Shown here piece after piece: positions 59,579 to 64,000 of a stretch of 64,000 nt of DNA (the first letter of the stretch is position 1; every line of letters starts with the position of its first letter). A program made the translations under genes and the position numbers. The DNA is from a virus: IMG/VR virus record IMGVR_UViG_3300033233_000004, positions 1-64,000 of that record; one strand, 5' to 3'. The notes below the pieces were generated by a model. The model searched no databases. It saw only the letters and a program-made list of their open reading frames with translations, and was not told where the DNA came from.

Positions 59579-59697
59579 ACTATGATCTCTTTTTCACAAT
59601 CACATAAACATAACCATTTAGTACTTCTTGGATTCTCTACTTTAGAAAGGACAAGTAATCTACCAAAACGACTACCTATTATAGCCAAGGGTTTCAA
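59476..59697 (-). pseudogene. Truncated homing-endonuclease N-terminal domain, interrupted by the IS remnant
   Basis: GSRFGRLLVL..KWLCLCDC, then reads into the IS-like sequence. Confidence 0.6.
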
Positions 59698-60428
59698 TTA
59701 TCTTCTTTCTTTAACGTGCACCAATATCTATCTGTATTCTGTCCCTCTTCTTTTATTATCTTAAAAGAAGTTGTTTGAATTGCGTCCCTAACAAAGTTCG
59801 ACCCAAGTCTAAAGCCATGCCAAGTGTTTCCTAATGTCACATCCGTAACACCATTAACATCTCTACCATGAAATACAAAAACACCGCCTACCTTAAGTAC
59901 TCTACATGCTTCGTGAATATAGGACACAACAATCTCTGCGGCAACAATGTGTTGAAAAACTATATAAGAATAACATAAATCAACACTGTTGTCTGGTACA
60001 GTATTTAGATGCATACCATCCGTCTCAATAAATTCCACATGTTGATATACAGAACCTGAAAGTCGCTGCTTTGCTTGAAATAACAAATCACCAGAAATAT
60101 CAATAGCATATAATTTCTTACAAAACGGGGCTATAAACATAGTCATTCGTCCAAAACCAGCCCCCAATTCTACTATAACATCGCTTTTATAACCATTAAT
60201 CCTCGGTATAAATTCTCGAATAACATCACCTTTACCAGATGCCCTTATTTGCTCTTCGGATGCCCGTGGTGAGGCGCAAACATAAGAACTGGCATCATGT
60301 CCTGCTCGTAAGTTCCAGTCCTCTTTAGATATCCTGAGGAAAGTATCAAGGTCAGTAATGCCTAAATGGGTAAGATTATTGCAATGGATAGCCCGACTAT
60401 ATTGTATTGCATCGTTTTCTTTAGACAC
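59694..60428 (-). CDS. Class I SAM methyltransferase
   Basis: ELGAGFGR, IDIS, VFQH, RVLKVGG. Confidence 0.88.
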   Translation of the reverse strand: MSKENDAIQYSRAIHCNNLTHLGITDLDTFLRISKEDWNLRAGHDASSYVCASPRASEEQIRASGKGDVIREFIPRINGYKSDVIVELGAGFGRMTMFIAPFCKKLYAIDISGDLLFQAKQRLSGSVYQHVEFIETDGMHLNTVPDNSVDLCYSYIVFQHIVAAEIVVSYIHEACRVLKVGGVFVFHGRDVNGVTDVTLGNTWHGFRLGSNFVRDAIQTTSFKIIKEEGQNTDRYWCTLKKEDN

Positions 60429-60741
60429 GTATCGCTTCCTTCACAAAACTCATCCAAAAATCGTTCAAATTATCTATTTGTAAGTAATTTTCACCAAAAC
60501 CATTTTGTCGTAAGAAACTTCGAACTTTTTGTCCCCAAATCACAGAAAACTGATTTTCCCATAATGGAGTACCATAATCTGTTTGATATTCTATAACAAC
60601 ATCCTTAAGTGTTTTACCTACTTGCCATGGTACATCAGCTTCTGTTTCAGAAAATTTATGCTCCTGAAAGTATTCACGCAATTTTGCAACAGCTTGAACG
60701 ACAAGTTCTTGTTGTGGAATAGTATTAAGTGGTTGGTTCAT
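60421..60741 (-). CDS. Hypothetical protein
   Basis: 106 aa, coupled. Confidence 0.6.
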   Translation of the reverse strand: MNQPLNTIPQQELVVQAVAKLREYFQEHKFSETEADVPWQVGKTLKDVVIEYQTDYGTPLWENQFSVIWGQKVRSFLRQNGFGENYLQIDNLNDFWMSFVKEAIRV

Positions 60742-61094
60742 AGTAGCGGCTCCTTTGGTTTACCTTCATTATCAGTCATTTCAACTTTTCCAAACGCTTC
60801 TCGTAACTTTCTTACTTCATCACCCATAGTCCAACAGATATCTTGTCTTAGCTCTCTAAACTTGTCAATAATATTACTTAATGCACGAGCAGAATCTGGA
60901 TTTTTAGTAGCAAATGTTTCTGCATAATTAGCCGCCCACATTGTAAGAATACGAGCCTCTAATATATTTAACGTAATAATAATGTCATTACCAACTCTAT
61001 ATGGTATGTGTGTTGTTCCACATTTTGGACATTCACTTATACCTTCAATTTCAGATTCTGTAAATATAGTTAAACAAACAGAACATTGAATCAT
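60738..61094 (-). CDS. Zinc-ribbon hypothetical protein
   Basis: CSVC..CPKC. Confidence 0.65.
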   Translation of the reverse strand: MIQCSVCLTIFTESEIEGISECPKCGTTHIPYRVGNDIIITLNILEARILTMWAANYAETFATKNPDSARALSNIIDKFRELRQDICWTMGDEVRKLREAFGKVEMTDNEGKPKEPLL

Positions 61095-61954
61095 GATTTT
61101 TCTTCAAAATTGATACGTAAACTATTTTCCATTTCTGAAACAAATTGTTCATACCCCGCATCCTTAAATGCAGCAATACGTGCAGCCATAGAATGGGGGT
61201 GAGTGCCTGTAAATTTCTTGATAGTTTTATTCACAACGTGGTCTCTGAATAAGTAAAGATAATCGCAGCGTTCTCCAATCTTAGCCTTCATCTCTTTCAT
61301 TTTAGGGTCTGGAAAGCCCAAATCTCTAAAGTTCTCCATAAAGGCTACTTCCTTTGCAAATCCTTTTTCGGGAGACTTAAGAGCTTTACCGTAGTGATAC
61401 ACCTGAATAGTTGTGTCAAGTACTTTTTCTTCTGGTATATAAGAATCTTGGTAGGCTTGTTGCACTGCATCCCCAATGGTACGCCAAGGAGTGTTTTGTT
61501 GCACAACACGTACTAATGTCTCATAACAAAAAGGGAATGTTACAGATGGAGATTGAAGAAAATGTGTAAAATGAACTCTTGCACCAGTTTTATGTTCAAG
61601 TAGCATACGTTCTGGCAACATCCGCAATTCATCAAGACTGTCATGATGAACTACCTCATCAGACTGCAATTCATATGCATGTGTTGTTGTGAGAAAGTCC
61701 TTTGCAAAGTTGAACACCGACGCAAGCTCTGTAAAATGAAGAATCCAAGGGCGACGAACAAGTTTTATCTTATCGGGATACCTATTTTGCAGGTCTTGAC
61801 ACATAGAAAAAGTGTTATCTTCACTAAAACACTCAACAAGAACAAACTGCTTGACAATATCTATAACAGACTCAACAGATTCTACAAAAGGAATATCAAA
61901 CTTTTCTGCGTTGTAAATCGCTGTGAATGCACCTAAAGTTGGATGGACATTCAT
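61091..61954 (-). CDS. Glycosyltransferase family 2-like
   Basis: PFVESVES, SEDNT, QSDE, YHYG, FTGTHP. Confidence 0.8.
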   Translation of the reverse strand: MNVHPTLGAFTAIYNAEKFDIPFVESVESVIDIVKQFVLVECFSEDNTFSMCQDLQNRYPDKIKLVRRPWILHFTELASVFNFAKDFLTTTHAYELQSDEVVHHDSLDELRMLPERMLLEHKTGARVHFTHFLQSPSVTFPFCYETLVRVVQQNTPWRTIGDAVQQAYQDSYIPEEKVLDTTIQVYHYGKALKSPEKGFAKEVAFMENFRDLGFPDPKMKEMKAKIGERCDYLYLFRDHVVNKTIKKFTGTHPHSMAARIAAFKDAGYEQFVSEMENSLRINFEEKS

Positions 61955-62070
61955 AAAATACCTTTCAGCTTGAAAACTTTAATGAGACTGCTACAACACT
62001 CTTGTAATATCATATCCACAACACGACTATTATCAACCTCATACCGAACAATGCATCTAATGTTCTCATA

Positions 62071-62544
62071 TCATTGTTTTTCTGTCAACGTAATGGCTTT
62101 TAAACCCTCATCCATAAACCTTTTTACATCTTCTCGCCATAAACCATATTTTCTAATTACACGAGAAAATTCTTCAACGTCGTGCGGTATTAAGTAGTAC
62201 TTGTTTTTTTCAGAATCGAACCCCACATGTTCAAGCTCGTGCCACACCAAGGCACCCCGTTGATTTTCATTTAATGTTTGCCAAATCGCATAATTGAACT
62301 GAATCATAAACTGGTAACCAGAAGCAAACTGATGCACACCAGATACCAACTGACACTTACCCCAAAACTTCTTTGCCTTGTCAATAAAGACATACAGAAT
62401 AGGCGTATTTGTCGGAAAATTGAAATTACCAGCATCAATCAACTTAGTGGCAATCTCCTTGGGTTCAATGGCATCAAAGTACTTCTCGGCAACAGTTTCA
62501 CCCTTTTGTTCAGTAGCTTCTTGCTTTTCGTTCTTTATACTCAT
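62071..62544 (-). CDS. Putative phage metallopeptidase
   Basis: LVWHELEH, HDVEEF..V..YGLW. Confidence 0.8.
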   Translation of the reverse strand: MSIKNEKQEATEQKGETVAEKYFDAIEPKEIATKLIDAGNFNFPTNTPILYVFIDKAKKFWGKCQLVSGVHQFASGYQFMIQFNYAIWQTLNENQRGALVWHELEHVGFDSEKNKYYLIPHDVEEFSRVIRKYGLWREDVKRFMDEGLKAITLTEKQ

Positions 62545-62557
62545 GGTCGTACACCTT

Positions 62558-62992
62558 TCATTTTGTATTTTGTTTAGCAATTTTTTGTTTTAGTTGTCGC
62601 TCAACATCTGCCCTAACGTTTCGCTGTTCATGCTCATAACCTGAAACTTTACGTTTAAGACTTTCATTTTTCTCTTGTATCTTTCGTCCAATAGGAATTC
62701 CATTCCATTCCCCATTAATCTTAATATTAAAGGTAGTATCATTATCAGGAACAGGAAAATATCTCTCTGGAAAAGACTTCAGTTTCCGTTGCGCAACTGA
62801 TATAGGCTCAAAATACACTCTATCCAGTTCTCTATCGTATATAGGAATCCAATACTCCTTCGTCCTTTCTAAAACAGATTTACAATCAGGACATTCAACA
62901 GGTAGAGTAGGTTCTATAACAAGTTCTCCTATACCAAGACCTTTAATCTCTTCACCTAACCACCCACACTTTGGACAAAACTGATTCATCAA
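62558..62992 (-). CDS. Zinc-ribbon hypothetical protein
   Basis: CPKC..CPDC. Confidence 0.65.
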   Translation of the reverse strand: MMNQFCPKCGWLGEEIKGLGIGELVIEPTLPVECPDCKSVLERTKEYWIPIYDRELDRVYFEPISVAQRKLKSFPERYFPVPDNDTTFNIKINGEWNGIPIGRKIQEKNESLKRKVSGYEHEQRNVRADVERQLKQKIAKQNTK

Positions 62993-63592
62993 CTATATAA
63001 CCTTCACTTTAACAAATTCTGGATAAACACCCTGTTGCCAAATGCAATGCATGTACTCAATCGAATCTGTTTTTTTATTATCCGTAAAAGACATTCGTTG
63101 ACTATGAACATATGACAATACAGGCATTTGTTTTTTCCAAAAATCAAAACGCCCTTTGCTACCAAAAAAATTCAACCGTAATAACATAATAATATACCCG
63201 CCCTTGACAACATCCAACAATGCTTTTTCTATAACTTGCTGCGCAATATTAAAAGGTGGATTTGTAATAATAATACAAGGTCTTTGCATGTCTTGAAAGT
63301 CGTAGTTTAGGTAATCAGTTTTTATTTCAGCTAACGAATCCAACCTAATATCTATAGTACAAACATCCACAGTGGGAAAAACTTGTTTTAGTGCTTCTGG
63401 ATAACTCATAAGATGTGAGTTATCGCCACCAGCACATGGATCAAGAACATAATCTCCACCCTTACAAACAAACTTCTTATATAACTCTGTCTCTTCAATA
63501 TTATGTAGGAAATTCACAATATCAAGAATAGGTGTAACATAGTAATCAGATACATGAGACTTTCGTGCCTCAGAACGATTTGTTGAACTCAT
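62993..63592 (-). CDS. DNA amino-methyltransferase (probably m6A)
   Basis: DYYVTP, LDPCAG, ITNPPF, LLRLNF. Confidence 0.85.
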   Translation of the reverse strand: MSSTNRSEARKSHVSDYYVTPILDIVNFLHNIEETELYKKFVCKGGDYVLDPCAGGDNSHLMSYPEALKQVFPTVDVCTIDIRLDSLAEIKTDYLNYDFQDMQRPCIIITNPPFNIAQQVIEKALLDVVKGGYIIMLLRLNFFGSKGRFDFWKKQMPVLSYVHSQRMSFTDNKKTDSIEYMHCIWQQGVYPEFVKVKVI

Positions 63593-64000
63593 GCTTTCTC
63601 CTCAAATAAACTCAACGCTGTTGCAAGTTGCTGTTTAGTAAGTACTCTATGATATCGTTCTGTGGTTAAATAACCTAAACGGATATACTCTCTCACTTCT
63701 TTGGAATCACAATGTATTACCATACTATGAGCAATTTCAAGCATCCTACCCAAAGTCTTATAATCACCGTCTTTTGAAGCAATAAGACAATTAGAACCAT
63801 GCTCCATATATGTATTACCACCACCACCTGTAAAACCTACAACAAGGCATCCACTTGCCATTGCTTCCAAAGCAGGAAGTCCAAAACCTTCGGGGTACGT
63901 ATGTGTAATGAAAATCTTTGTATCTCGAAGTTGATTTGCAAAATCCTGTTCATGACAATCCTGAATGAAATGCATTTGACAAATATCTTGAAGGAACGCA
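63589..64000 (-). CDS. GT4-family glycosyltransferase (5' end outside window)
   Basis: EGFGLPALEAMASGC. Confidence 0.85.
   Translation of the reverse strand, partial: AFLQDICQMHFIQDCHEQDFANQLRDTKIFITHTYPEGFGLPALEAMASGCLVVGFTGGGGNTYMEHGSNCLIASKDGDYKTLGRMLEIAHSMVIHCDSKEVREYIRLGYLTTERYHRVLTKQQLATALSLFEEKA

Noticed and set aside
1-64000. tRNA/rRNA genes
   Set aside because: No cloverleaf or T-loop signatures were seen by eye in intergenic regions; tRNAscan-SE or ARAGORN would be decisive.

Overview
This is a gene-dense, AT-rich segment of a large (probably jumbo) tailed dsDNA phage. Essentially every real gene is on the minus strand and uses the standard code; the plus-strand ORFs in the track look like shadows. 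From right to left (transcription order) it holds: (1) a ~16 kb glycan and modification cluster (GT2/GT4 glycosyltransferases, methyltransferases, B12 radical SAM, three SDR epimerase/reductases, PanB-like, ThDP enzyme, ColD-like, Gmd-like); (2) a phage sigma factor; (3) a replication, recombination and repair block (SF2 helicase, DnaC-like, DnaB, split primase, 5'-3' exonuclease, PolA, RNA ligase, RecA, SSB-like, split SbcC with SbcD, GroEL); (4) a small operon bounded by a promoter and a terminator; and (5) a virion block (terminase large subunit, putative head proteins, lytic transglycosylase, a T9SS-tailed beta-propeller, and a >1630-aa multidomain protein that runs off the window and is missing from the ORF track). 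The standout is the small operon at 19.0-21.4 kb. A lone ~199-aa Cas7/RAMP-like gene is flanked on each side by three non-coding tracts of 5-nt period (GGY/GTY + variable NN on the transcribed strand). The tracts are separated by four 33-nt hairpins with covarying 14-bp stems and an invariant CUAAA loop. This looks like a non-CRISPR, RNA-guided system with six guides. It resembles what I recall being called VIPR; that name is from memory and needs checking. All protein calls come from motif recognition by eye, not database searches.
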